Source: an uncultured Candidatus Binatia bacterium (lineage in GTDB: Bacteria; Desulfobacterota; Binatia; Bin18). From it: DNA of 64,000 nt. This document shows, one piece after another, positions 49,114 through 59,385 of the stretch (position 1 is the stretch's first letter; the number at the start of each line of letters is the position of its first letter). The position numbers were made by a program, and so were the translations under genes. The notes under the pieces are model-generated. The model had not been told where the DNA came from and searched no databases. It saw only the letters and a list, made by a program, of their open reading frames with translations. The stretch is from assembly GCA_965116085.1 (NCBI GenBank), contig OZ220487.1, positions 1,787,185 through 1,851,184 on the forward strand. The letters are read 5' to 3'.

Positions 49114-49691
49114 TCAGGGGGTGTGTTTCGCGGGGAAATCAGGGCCCCGGAAATCATCGGTTTCCGGCTCTTCAGGCTCAATGCCAAGCTCATCGAAAAT
49201 ATAGCGGGCTGTGAAGTCCAATTCTGCGTTCTGGTCATCGCTGATCTGGCGAACAGCGAATTCAGCTTCGGGCTGTTCTTCCAGCCCGAACAGCCAGAGC
49301 AACTAGTTCTGGATCGTGCTTCCGGCGGGAGTCACGATCACCACGGCCGTGCCGACACTCCGCAAGGCAAGGAAGAAGCTGTCTCCCGCCTTCATCAATC
49401 CTGTCACATCATTGCCAGGATAATAGAGGCGGTATTCCGTTCGTGTGGGATAGCGACGGTGCGCATCATGCCAGCTCACGCTGCTGTCGACGGTGATCCC
49501 TTCCTGTTCCTCTCCCAGCCGGATAAAGCGGGCGGGAATGCCCTTCTGTCGTCATCGCCAAAGAGGTGGCGCAGGGTATGGGACCCGTTGAACTCGTGCT
49601 GGTTCGATCCAGTTGGCGTGGTCTCGACCATGCTGAGCTGTTTGACAGCAACGCCCTCGAAATAGTCGGAAAGCAATCCGCGTCTGATCAC
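49114..49691 (-). pseudogene. Type II restriction-endonuclease-like gene (one frameshift, one in-frame TAG, 3' end truncated)
   Basis: Own translation gives LSDYFEGVAVKQLSMVE...SNQHEFNG, then a shift near 49540, then ...TEYRLYYPGNDVTGLMKAGDSFFLALRSVGTAVVIVTPAGSTIQN*LLWLFG. The GTG start overlaps the vsr stop (GTGA). Confidence 0.6.
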
Positions 49692-50141
49692 TCACGCCCC
49701 CGCAATTCCATTCTCGGGAGAGTGGATTTCAGCCATGCTTCGCACTGGTCAAGGATCTCTTCAACCGGGAGGGATGTGCACCCCGTCAACGCGCACTCCC
49801 AGACGAACCCTCTGCGCCAGCCCAGATTGGCAAGGGCTTGTCGACTTTTATATCGCGCTCGCGATTACCGGCTATTTTTTCCTGCCAGAATCCGGTCTGG
49901 GTCGAAGGGAGCTGGAACAGATGGCAGTCATGTCCGTGCAAGAAGCAGCCATGGGCGAACAACACGGCATGCCACTTCGGGAAAACAGGTCAGGCTTGTC
50001 AGGCAAGGTCTTGTCGTGAAACCGGAAGCGGAAACCCGTAGAATGAAGACCGCGCCGCAGCACCAGCTCTGGCCGGGTGTTTTTCCCCCTTATACCGGAC
50101 ATCATCCTGCTGCGTATCTCCGGTGTGACAATATCAACCAT
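49688..50141 (-). pseudogene. vsr: Very-short-patch repair endonuclease Vsr, two frameshifts
   Basis: Carries TPEIRSRMMSGIRGKNTRPELVLRRGLHSTGFRFR, then FAHGCFLHGHDCHLF, then LANLGWRRGFVWECAL, in three frames. Confidence 0.8.
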
Positions 50142-51415
50142 GTGCTGCTGACCGTCGTGCGGGGACTTGTGGAGGAATAACCGTCACAGGAGTGGCTTTC
50201 CGGCTTTCCGCCAGGATAGTGACCAGATTCTGGCTGGCCTTGGCTACGAATTCGACAACCGGAACGACGACGGAATTGCCGAACTGGCGATAGGCCTGGG
50301 TGTCCGAAACAGCAATGCGCCAGTGCCGGTTGCCACGGTCAAAGCCCATGAGACGGGTGCATTCCAGTGGTGTCAGCCGCCGGGGTCGCTTGCCCGGCTG
50401 GTCGATCAGTATTTCGGAACCGTCCTTGTAATAGCGGGTCGAAAGGGTCCTGGCCACATCGTCAGGTCCGAACAGGCTGTAGCCGAAGCCGTTACCGGCG
50501 GCACGGTGCTTTTCCTTGTATTTCTGAAGATAGTTCCAGAGATTTTCGGTGAGGGTATATTTCGGATCAACCTCGTCATGAGGCTTGAGGATGCTACCAA
50601 GTTTTGGCCCGGAACCCGATGGCGGCACTTCCAGCGCATCAAAATCAAAGCCGGCCGGTTCCCTGAAGCCCACAATGAAAATGCGCTCCCTTTTCTGGGG
50701 CACCCACGGCGCCGCACTGATCACACGATGCTGAATGTGATAACCCAATTCGTTTTTCAGCACGTTCAGGATCGTTGCAAATGTGCGCCCCTTGTCGTAG
50801 TTCTCAAGGTTTTTACATTCTCCAGCACGAAAGCGGTCGGCCGGTGGTGCGCAATGATCTGGGCCGTATCGAAGAACAGCGCACCTTGTGTGTCGCACAG
50901 GAAGCCGTGGGGACGGCCGAGCGCATTTTTCTTGGAAACGCTGGCAATTGAGAATGGCTGACAGGGAAAGCCGACAAGCGGAAGATCATGTTCCAGAACC
51001 AGTCCGGGACTCTGCGAGAACTCCCTGATGTCACCATTGATCGGGTGATTGTCGGGAAAGTTCAGCGCGTATGATTTCTGGCAATTGGCATCCCATTCAG
51101 AAGTAAAGACACAGTGCTCGCCGATACTCTCGAAGCCCAGTCGCAAACCCGCCAATGCCTGCAAAAAGGTCGATGAATGTAAAGCACGGCTGTTCCATAT
51201 GGGCTGATTCAAGCCGTTTCCTGGCTGAATCCTTCAGTATGCGGATTGCAAGGCGACTGGGTTCACTCTTGCCTTCCTCGTAACGGTAGACGGTGCGCGG
51301 TGTCACCTCCGGAAGATCAGCTGTCTCTTCGAGGGTCAGCCCTGCTCTTTCTCGAAGTCGTGTGAACTCCGTTTTGGTACCGCGCCCGGTGTCTCCGAAT
51401 CATATATCTGGTCAT
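50134..51415 (-). pseudogene. dcm: HTH-fused DNA (cytosine-5) methyltransferase, at least two frameshifts
   Basis: Carries an XRE-like N-terminus (LTLEETADL..VTPRTVYRYEEGKSEP), FIDLFAGIGG, GFPCQPFS, ENVKNL, QKRERIF, RRLTPLECTRLMGF and GNSVVVPV, spread over different frames. Confidence 0.85.
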
Positions 51416-51449
51416 TTTTTGACACAGTGGCATTGATCGACCTTGGCTA

Positions 51450-52913
51450 TCAAGTAAATGTTCTTTCTTTGTTCTCATACAAAAAGCTACCGTCCACAAC
51501 GTGATGCTTCATGAGATACGACGGTTTCAGATAAGATCGGAAATATGCATTTCCGCCGTAAAAATAGGGATTGCACGATCGGCTTTTACGACTTCTGCAG
51601 ACAGGTACGGAAAGTACTGTAGCTATTTTAAGCGCGGGCCTTTTTGGCGGAGTGCTTGGTAGCGCAGCCGCTGGTCTTAAGCGACGAGCCGCTCGCCGAT
51701 TGCGGCAAGAAGAAGATCGGCTTGTTGCTGATATGGCTAGGATACGCGGTGTTGCAGCCACCCCAGCGCCAACCACCATCCCACCGCGCACTACGGTTCT
51801 CACTGAGGGCAAAGCCCGCAACATGTCGGGACGCACTACAAATGCAAAAACTGTTCGTGCGTACGCAAGCGGCACTGCATGAAAAGTGGCTAAAAATGCA
51901 TAAAGTATGTTCGGGAGCCAAAACAATGAATGGATTTGAAGAACACCCGCAGATGCCACAAGCGTATTCGCAGAAAGTCCTGCAGGATTTGGGAGTGATC
52001 GAGGCAATCGCTCAACTGCATCGACTCGCACTGCACAACATCGATGAAGCTGCCGATGCTCGTGGTGTATTCTTGGTACGTACAGGACGGCCGGAATTGC
52101 AGGGGGGGTAGGTGCCCGGTACATGCAAGCAAATGGCAGACCATCTGGCGAAGTGCTTCCGAGAGTCTTGGCAAATCGCAGCGCGGCCGAACCAAAGAAA
52201 AGCTCCTCGCGCGCTTCCGGTTGAACACTCGGTGGAGCGTTCACATGATCATATGGTGTGACCGGATTGGCCGTTACGGCCTCCACCCATGCCGCTCCGC
52301 CTTTGCGGTTTTCGATCCTAAAATCGGGTGAGGGATGTGGCTGTTCCACTAGCAAACCCTGTGCGCGAAAACTCGCCAGCAACTGCGCTTCCCAAAGCCT
52401 CGTGTGGAAGTTGCCTGTCTGACAATCTCCGGCCCAGTTCTTGTCCGGATTGGGCATCGCCAAATAAAGCTGATTGAGCGTCCAGGCCGCCACGTGAGGC
52501 GACGGCGTGCTCAACGCGCGGAACACGGTGCTCGGTTCGCGGTTGCCAACGTCGTGGAGCGCCGGTCGAGGGGCCGTATTTGCTGGAAGCGGTTCGTTCT
52601 GCTGATCAATATGGAGAAACCGCTTCAATTCGTCCATGGCAGCATCCCGTGACGCGATACCGGTCTTTGTCGCAACCTCGACCCATACGCCGTCAACCCG
52701 ACGCCGTATGACCAGAATACCAATGTCCGCTGTTTCCACATGTCGGGTGATGACGCCGCAAGCAATACCGTCTTCGCTTTGCCATGCTCCAATAGGTGGT
52801 CGCATACCGAAACCGTGACCGCGAGGCAGAGCAAGTGCATAGAGATCGAAAGTGACCGCGGCAGCAGCTTTGGCGCGTCGCGGCGTTCGTACTCTTGGTT
52901 CATTTGGACACAA
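51450..52913 (-). pseudogene. Hypothetical protein with a PD-(D/E)xK-like core; C-terminal half probably out of frame
   Basis: The first roughly 250 aa look protein-like (SPDFRIENRKGGAAWVEAVTANP). The remainder is an A/R/P/S-rich, shadow-like sequence. Confidence 0.35.
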
Positions 52914-53849
52914 ACTCCGGCCAGCTATGAGGCTGTTGGTTGAGAATTATGCGAACCACTTTCTGCTCAAGCGCACGTTGCAGAGCTTGGGTGAAGTTGG
53001 TCATATTGCTGACTACAGATTCGCGCCTAATCGCATGCCGCCAGTTGATTAGCTCGCCTTCCTGCAGTGACCAGTTCAGCAGGTGAACCAGGGCCATATG
53101 ACCGAACATCCATACCGTCATCTTCTCCGGCGACGAATTGCATCTCGACATGAGACTCTGAATGGACTTGATGTTCCGACAAGTCCCATGTCGTAAAGAG
53201 CGTCGTGACATCGTCATCCAAGGCGTCTGTGAAACCCACCTTGTCGACCCGCATCTGCCATTGTTCGTTCAATCCTTCGTCTGTCTCTTCTGATGCCAGG
53301 AGTTTCTCCTTTTTGAGCCGAAGGTGAACACCTGCACCTGGTACGATTTTGTACGCAACATCGCCTGCGAGGACACCGAGCGGATTTTCTCTCATCGCTG
53401 CTTCAAAGCGGATGTTGAAGTTCTTCTTCGTCTTGGTCAGATGCCGAGCCTCAAAGAGTGTCCAAATACCCAGATATTTCCACGCAATAAGCAACGGCAT
53501 CTTCAAGACATCCGAATAGGTCTGCAATCGTGCAAGGTAATCAGGCCTGAATGAAAGGGTCGGAGTTTTCTTCGATTTGACCTCAATGATCGCAGGCCCT
53601 GAATTCTCATACAAAGCCAGGAGGGTCGGGGACCTAGTAGTCTGCTCGCGATTGGCGCGGTGCATGGTGCTGGTCGAGCTTGTGGACCAGACATGTCTTG
53701 CCAAGCCAGCTGCAAACGGCAATGAACTCGTCTTCCGCAGGCAGCCCACGGTCCAGACGCCGAACCTGTTCAGCGATCTGACTCGGATCGGCTTCCCGAC
53801 CAAGCTCCGCGAGCGCCTCCTGTATCAGCCTTTCGTCATCGTCTGCCAT
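52900..53849 (-). pseudogene. PD-(D/E)xK nuclease-like protein, two frameshifts
   Basis: Starts MADDDERLIQEALAELG...CSWLGKTCLVHKLDQ, shifts near 53640, continues LLALYENSGPAIIEVKSKKTP...LLIAWKY, then shifts near 53110. Confidence 0.45.
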
Positions 53850-53901
53850 CTAGGCCTCCCCTGCCGTGCTCGTGGCTTGCCACGAATATCGTACATATCG
53901 C

Positions 53902-53997
53902 TACGCGCAATAATCGTTGCGCCTACAAATGATTCTTGCGCCTAGACTTGAAAGTTGCGCGTAAACCAGCATAGTTGCGTCTACAGCATACACGCAA
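53902..53997. promoter_or_regulatory. Iteron-like array of six TTGCG(C/T)NTA sites between divergent genes
   Basis: Four direct copies at 53917, 53936, 53955 and 53975 (spacing 19/19/20 bp). One inverted copy flanks each side (53902-53910 and 53989-53997). Confidence 0.6.
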
Positions 53998-54005
53998 GAA
54001 AGACG

Positions 54006-55403
54006 ATGATGGCCAACAAAATCCCGCAAGATGCCCTCAAGGAGCTGCTCGATGTCGTTGCGGACCATCCGGACGGCATCGCTGCGCCCAGCATCGCAGA
54101 AAGACTGACCGGTCATGTTCCACGCCGAACCCTGCAATACCGGCTAAAACAGCTTGTCACCAATGGACATCTGCAGATGGAGGGCAGCGGTAGATGGACG
54201 CGTTACCGTCTGGCGACCGCCGACGGTTTGACCGTGGCTGAGCAAGATGATCAGGACTTCGACTACGGTGATCTTATTGCCTTGTCGGACGATGCAAAGG
54301 CCATTCGAGACTATGTCCTGCAGCCCGTCGCAGCGCGCAAGCCAGTCGGATATAATCAGGACTTTCTCGGACGCTATCAGCCCAATACGACATTCTATCT
54401 TCAAGAAGAGGATTGCGAACGGTTGGACCGGCTCGGTAAGTCGAAGACTTCCACACAACCAGTTGGAACCTACGCAAAACTCATTCTCAACCGCCTGTTG
54501 ATTGATCTTTCCTGGAACTCTAGCCGCTTGGAAGGCAACACCTACTCGCTCCTGGATACGAAGCGTCTGATTGAATTTGGAGAAGAAGCCACCGGACGGG
54601 ACCACGTTGAGGCACAAATGATCCTCAATCACAAGGATGCCATTGAGTTTCTGGTGGGTTCTGTCGACGAGATTGACTTCAATGCCTACACCTTTCTCAA
54701 TCTGCATGCGCTTCTGTCGAACAACCTGTTGGCCGATCCGGCCGCTTCCGGGCGCCTGCGCTATATCGCAGTTGGCATAGAAAAATCGGCGTTCCACCCC
54801 CTCGAGATGCCACAACGCATTGAAGAGTGCTTCAAGCAGCTTCTTGCCAAGGCATCAGAAATCGAAGACCCGTTCGAGCAGGCCTTCTTCGTGATGGTGC
54901 ATATCCCTTATCTTCAACCCTTCGATGATGTGAATAAGCGCGTCTCGCGTCTCGCCGCCAACATGCCTCTCATTCGAAGCAACCTCTCTCCATTGGCGTT
55001 CACTGATGTGCCTCAGCGCGCCTATACGGAAGCTATTCTGGGTGTCTACGAACTGAACGATACGGCGCTTCTCAAGGAAGTTTTCCTCTGGGCCTATGAA
55101 CGTTCTGCGGCCCAATACGCGGCCGTCCGGCAATCTTTGGGAGAGCCGGATCCTTTCCGCTTGAAATATCGGGCGGAGATCCGCAACGCCGTCGCCCAAA
55201 TCATTCGCTCCACGGTCGGGCGTAAAGAAGCTGCTGACCAGATCATGAAATTGGCCGAAATTGCGGTTGCGGCAGAAGATCGAGATACCTTTGCGGCAGT
55301 TGTCGAAGACGAGCTTCTCCGCCTCCACGATGGAAACTTCGCCAGATATCAGCTCCGGCCATCCGAGTTCCAGGAGTGGAAAAGCGTATGGACGAAATCT
55401 TGA
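54006..55403 (+). CDS. wHTH + Fic-domain protein with a non-canonical Fic motif
   Basis: N-terminal RRTLQYRLKQLVTNGHLQMEGSGRWTRYRL. The Fic core reads IPYLQPFDDVNKRVSRL where the canonical motif is HPFx(D/E)GN(G/K)R. Start set at ATG 54006. Confidence 0.75.
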   Translation: MMANKIPQDALKELLDVVADHPDGIAAPSIAERLTGHVPRRTLQYRLKQLVTNGHLQMEGSGRWTRYRLATADGLTVAEQDDQDFDYGDLIALSDDAKAIRDYVLQPVAARKPVGYNQDFLGRYQPNTTFYLQEEDCERLDRLGKSKTSTQPVGTYAKLILNRLLIDLSWNSSRLEGNTYSLLDTKRLIEFGEEATGRDHVEAQMILNHKDAIEFLVGSVDEIDFNAYTFLNLHALLSNNLLADPAASGRLRYIAVGIEKSAFHPLEMPQRIEECFKQLLAKASEIEDPFEQAFFVMVHIPYLQPFDDVNKRVSRLAANMPLIRSNLSPLAFTDVPQRAYTEAILGVYELNDTALLKEVFLWAYERSAAQYAAVRQSLGEPDPFRLKYRAEIRNAVAQIIRSTVGRKEAADQIMKLAEIAVAAEDRDTFAAVVEDELLRLHDGNFARYQLRPSEFQEWKSVWTKS

Positions 55404-57139
55404 CCGGAAGCTCGTATCCTGTCGTAGAGGCCGATGACTTTGCCCGTCGATTTTCGATGCGGTCAGGCAGCCTTATCTGGTTCTTGGGTGCCGGCACGTC
55501 CGCATCAGCGGGGATTCCAACCGCATGGGACATGATCTGGGAGTTCAAGCAACAGCTTTACGTCAGTCGGCGGCGTGTCGCTTTGAAAACGGTCGCAGAC
55601 CTCTCAAATCCAGCCGTCCGAAGGCAAATTCAGGATTTCATAGCGAGCCAAGAAGCTTTTTCAGAGCCGGATTCGCCCGAAGAATACGCGGCTCTCTTTG
55701 AGGCGGTCTATCCAAGTGAAGCAGACCGTCGGACATACATTGATGCCAAAATCACTGGCGCCAAACCATCCTACGGGCACGTGGCACTGGCAACTCTGAT
55801 GAAAGCGGGCCATACCAAACTTGTCTGGACGACGAACTTCGATCCGCTCGTCGCCGATGGCTGCGCAAGAGTTTTTGGCGGCACTGGCAACCTGACAACA
55901 GTTGCATTTGACGCGCCTGACATCGGCCGACAGGTCATAAATAGCGAACGCTGGCCTGCGGAAGTCAAACTGCATGGCGATTTTCGGTCACGGCGTCTCA
56001 AAAACACTGGAGACGAGCTTCGCCAGCAAGATGCGACCTTAAGAGATCTTCTTGTCGGCACATGCGTGCGTTCTGGCCTAGTCATTGCGGGGTATAGCGG
56101 GCGCGACGACTCGATCATGAACGCTTTAGAGGAAGCGCTTGAGCATGCTTTCCCGTTTCCTAGAGGCCTTTTCTGGCTCCATCGTGGTGCCCATGATCCT
56201 CTCGACAGAGTGTGCAGTTTTCTCTCGGCTACATCAAACAAGGGGGTCGATGGCGGTCTCGTTCGAATTGAAAACTTCGACGAAGCCCTGCGCGATCTCG
56301 TGCGCCTCATTCCCGACCTTGATACAAAGCAGCTCGACGAGTTCGCGTCGGAGCGCTCTGTCGTTTCATCGCCGCCACGTATCTCTGGCAGCCGAGGCTA
56401 CCCGGTTATTCGATTGAACGGGTTGGAAGTGAAATCCTGGCCGACGATCTGCCGGCTAGTTGAGTGTGAAATTGGCGGATACAAGGAAGTTGCCGAGGCC
56501 ATTACCGCAGCAGGGGTTGATGTTCTGGCAACACGATCAGCGAAGGGCGTTCTTGCATTCGGTGCGGACACCGATGTGCGCGCTGCGCTCGCAAATGTCA
56601 CTATCAAGGAATTCGATCTGCACGAGATCGAAACGCGCCGCCTCCGGTATGACAGCCAAGAACGAGGCTTGCTGAAGCAAGCACTTTCGCGAGCTTTGAC
56701 CAGAGAGCATGACCTGACACTAAGGCATCGCCGGAGCGTCGATTCTCTTGCGCCCGCCGATGTGACAGATCAAAAATGGATTCCTCTGAAACGCATTGTT
56801 GGCGGTTTGTCAGGCAATGTGCCGGGACAACTCGATCTGACCTGGGAAGAAGGCGTTGTCGTGCGGCTCGAGTGGGCTAACGAAAAGTTGTGGCTCGTCT
56901 TTGAACCGCGAACGCTTTTGAAGGGCATAACCGAAGTAAACCGCGCTGCAGCCACGGATTTTTCACGTGAGCGCAGTGTGAAGCGATACAACAGACCGCT
57001 CAACGATCTCACATCCTTCTGGGGTGATCTGCTTTCTGCGAGCGGCAAAGACCTTCGCGCCCTGAACGTAAGTACCGGGGTCGACGCTGTCTTTTCCCTC
57101 GGAACAACTACTGCATTTTCAAGACGGTCGCGCCCATGA
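55388..57139 (+). CDS. SIR2-APAZ protein (short-pAgo partner)
   Basis: Carries [22 protein letters not shown] and VKLHGDF, with a roughly 300-aa C-terminal extension. AGGAG lies 11 nt before ATG 55388. There is an ATGA overlap with the pAgo gene. Confidence 0.85.
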   Translation: MDEILTGSSYPVVEADDFARRFSMRSGSLIWFLGAGTSASAGIPTAWDMIWEFKQQLYVSRRRVALKTVADLSNPAVRRQIQDFIASQEAFSEPDSPEEYAALFEAVYPSEADRRTYIDAKITGAKPSYGHVALATLMKAGHTKLVWTTNFDPLVADGCARVFGGTGNLTTVAFDAPDIGRQVINSERWPAEVKLHGDFRSRRLKNTGDELRQQDATLRDLLVGTCVRSGLVIAGYSGRDDSIMNALEEALEHAFPFPRGLFWLHRGAHDPLDRVCSFLSATSNKGVDGGLVRIENFDEALRDLVRLIPDLDTKQLDEFASERSVVSSPPRISGSRGYPVIRLNGLEVKSWPTICRLVECEIGGYKEVAEAITAAGVDVLATRSAKGVLAFGADTDVRAALANVTIKEFDLHEIETRRLRYDSQERGLLKQALSRALTREHDLTLRHRRSVDSLAPADVTDQKWIPLKRIVGGLSGNVPGQLDLTWEEGVVVRLEWANEKLWLVFEPRTLLKGITEVNRAAATDFSRERSVKRYNRPLNDLTSFWGDLLSASGKDLRALNVSTGVDAVFSLGTTTAFSRRSRP

Positions 57140-58560
57140 CGAGTCAGATTTCGCCCCATCTCTGGTTTCCCGAACCTCATCTCTCTTTCCATCCCGATCA
57201 TGTCGAAGATGTAGATATTCATCCATTGAGAGGGCTATTGAGGCATGGTCCCTATTCGGCTGGCCTTGTGCCCGATCCCATTCGCGTGGCTACAATCTCG
57301 CCGTTTGTAGAAAGTCAGCGGCTGTATGACTTCATGAAGGCCTTAAACAGCAAGTTTGAACCGTCCGAGCGACGCGATTACCTGCCAACTTGGCCGGGCT
57401 TCCGTAGCGTGTTCAATCTGAACATGCGCGCCGCTGCAACGGATTGCCATATTCAGTTGGACGAGCGGCTGGGCCCTGAAATGGCCGATGCCAGCGCACC
57501 ACATGTCGTTCTGTCTTCCCGACTTACACGGGCTTTGCAGACTTTGGATGCCGTGCGTCAGCAGTTCGACGTCATTTTCATTTACGTGCCGGAATCGTGG
57601 TCTAGCGGCTTTGTAGGGGGCGAAGGTGAGGACTTCGACCTTCACGATCACCTGAAAGCAGCAAGTGCGGCCCGGCATTTGCCGATCCAGTTGGTAAGAG
57701 AGGACCGAGCGCTCGCCTATCTCCATAGAGCAAGTGTCATGTGGCGCATCGGCTTGGCACTCTACGCCAAGGCGGGTGGCATTCCATGGAAATTGGCTGA
57801 TTCTGATCCCGAAACAGCTTACGTTGGCATCTCCTACGCAGTTCGGCCGGTCGAGACCGATCAACCGCGCTTTGTTACGTGCTGCAGCCAGGTCTTCGAC
57901 GGAGATGGTGCAGGGCTAGAGTTCGTTGCCTATGATGCCAACGATGTTGAGGTGCAGCGCGACAATCCATTCTTGTCTCGCAACGAGATGTTCCGAGTCA
58001 TGACACGTTCTCTCGATCTCTATCGTCGCAGACATGCCGGGCGCACGCCGCGGCGGGTTATCGTGCACAAGTCGACAGAGTTTAAGCCTGATGAAATCGA
58101 CGGCTGCATGGAGGCATTGCACTTGTGTGAGGCCGTTGACTTGGTACAGGTCGTTGAGGATGTCGCTTGGCGAGGTGCCAAAATAGATCCGCCGAAAGCG
58201 TCCAACCGGAAGGGAACGCCTGCGGGGTACCCAGTCGACCGAGGTTCATTGTTAGGTCTTGGACCACGGGAGTGCCTTTTGTGGATGCATGGAAATGTCA
58301 CCGGCATCAACAACTCCGGTTCCTACTTTCAAGGTGGGCGAAGCACGCCCAGACCAATCAGGCTTGTGCGTCATGCAGGGCATGGCCCTTGGGACGATAC
58401 GGCACGGTCTGCCTTGGCGCTATCCAAGATGAATTGGAATAACGACGGCTTCTACGATCAGCTCCCAGTGACGATGAGTTACGCAAAGATACTCGCAAGG
58501 GTAGTCAAACGGATGCCTGGACTTGGCAAGACACCCTACCAGTTCCGGTTTTTCATGTAG
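57136..58560 (+). CDS. Short prokaryotic Argonaute (MID-PIWI, predicted catalytically inactive)
   Basis: Carries [21 protein letters not shown] sits where active PIWI has GxDV. The C-terminal tail is [17 protein letters not shown]...YQFRFFM. Confidence 0.85.
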   Translation: MTSQISPHLWFPEPHLSFHPDHVEDVDIHPLRGLLRHGPYSAGLVPDPIRVATISPFVESQRLYDFMKALNSKFEPSERRDYLPTWPGFRSVFNLNMRAAATDCHIQLDERLGPEMADASAPHVVLSSRLTRALQTLDAVRQQFDVIFIYVPESWSSGFVGGEGEDFDLHDHLKAASAARHLPIQLVREDRALAYLHRASVMWRIGLALYAKAGGIPWKLADSDPETAYVGISYAVRPVETDQPRFVTCCSQVFDGDGAGLEFVAYDANDVEVQRDNPFLSRNEMFRVMTRSLDLYRRRHAGRTPRRVIVHKSTEFKPDEIDGCMEALHLCEAVDLVQVVEDVAWRGAKIDPPKASNRKGTPAGYPVDRGSLLGLGPRECLLWMHGNVTGINNSGSYFQGGRSTPRPIRLVRHAGHGPWDDTARSALALSKMNWNNDGFYDQLPVTMSYAKILARVVKRMPGLGKTPYQFRFFM

Positions 58561-58644
58561 CCGCGATGTGTGGAGTTCATCGCAGCCTATTATGGAGCGA
58601 AGATGGACAAGAAATCGGGAACATCGAAGGACGCGGCTGACAAG

Positions 58645-59385
58645 CTAGGGCCTGTTAACACTATCGCAACGCATTGATGATGAGGGCGAAGACGATGAAT
58701 CCAAGGAAGAGCACGGCGCGTTGCTCGAAGCGCGTGAAGAGGCGGCGGAACCCCTTCAATCGACGCAACACCCGCGCGATTTCGTTGCGCCGCTTGTCTA
58801 GCTCACGGGCGGACGCCCGGTCCCTCAGCACCGCGGGAGGAGCGGGGGGCGGACCCAGGCGAGTCAGCAATTGGCGGCCCGCCGGGGCGGCGGGGGCGGG
58901 CCCGGGCGAGCGCGCGCAGGCGAGCGCCGGGCGAGCGTCCGCGGCACCCCTAGGCATCGTGGGGGTCCAGCCGCCTCGGGAGCGGCCGAGGGATTGAGGA
59001 CCGGTTGTGTGCGCGCCCCCGGGCCGGCGGGATGGACCTTGGCGATGGTGCTGTCGAGCGACCGGGCCTCCCGCTTGAGGCGCACGAGCTGTTCGCGTTG
59101 CAGACGCTCGAAGACCCGGGCGAGCCCCCCCGGTTTGCGACCAGCGGTGCAGCCGGGGGGAGAGGGGGGCCAGGTGCCAAAGCGGGCCGGCAACCCGCGC
59201 CATGTACAGCCCTGCTCGGCGACATACAAGATGGCGTTGAGCACGTGGCGATTGGAGAGGCGGACATTGCCGCGCGGCACCGGGAGAGGATGCGCGATCC
59301 GGTCGTATGGAGCTTGCGTGCGGTCCCTACAGCCAGGAGACCAGAATCATGCAGAATCATCCACATGAGTGTGAACAGGCCCTAG
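58645..59385 (-). mobile_element. Degenerate IS5-family (IS427-like) element with both ends
   Basis: The ends are CTAGGGCCTGTTAACAC and GTGTGAACAGGCCCTAG. The transposase pieces LSNRHVLNAILYVAEQGCTWRGLP, KVHPAGPGA, GRSRGGWTP and KRRNEIARVLRRLKGFRRLFTRFE lie in several frames. Confidence 0.8.

Noticed and set aside
58564-58584. Hairpin GCGATG-N9-CATCGC after the pAgo stop, considered as a terminator.
   Set aside because: It has a short 6-bp stem and no following T-tract.
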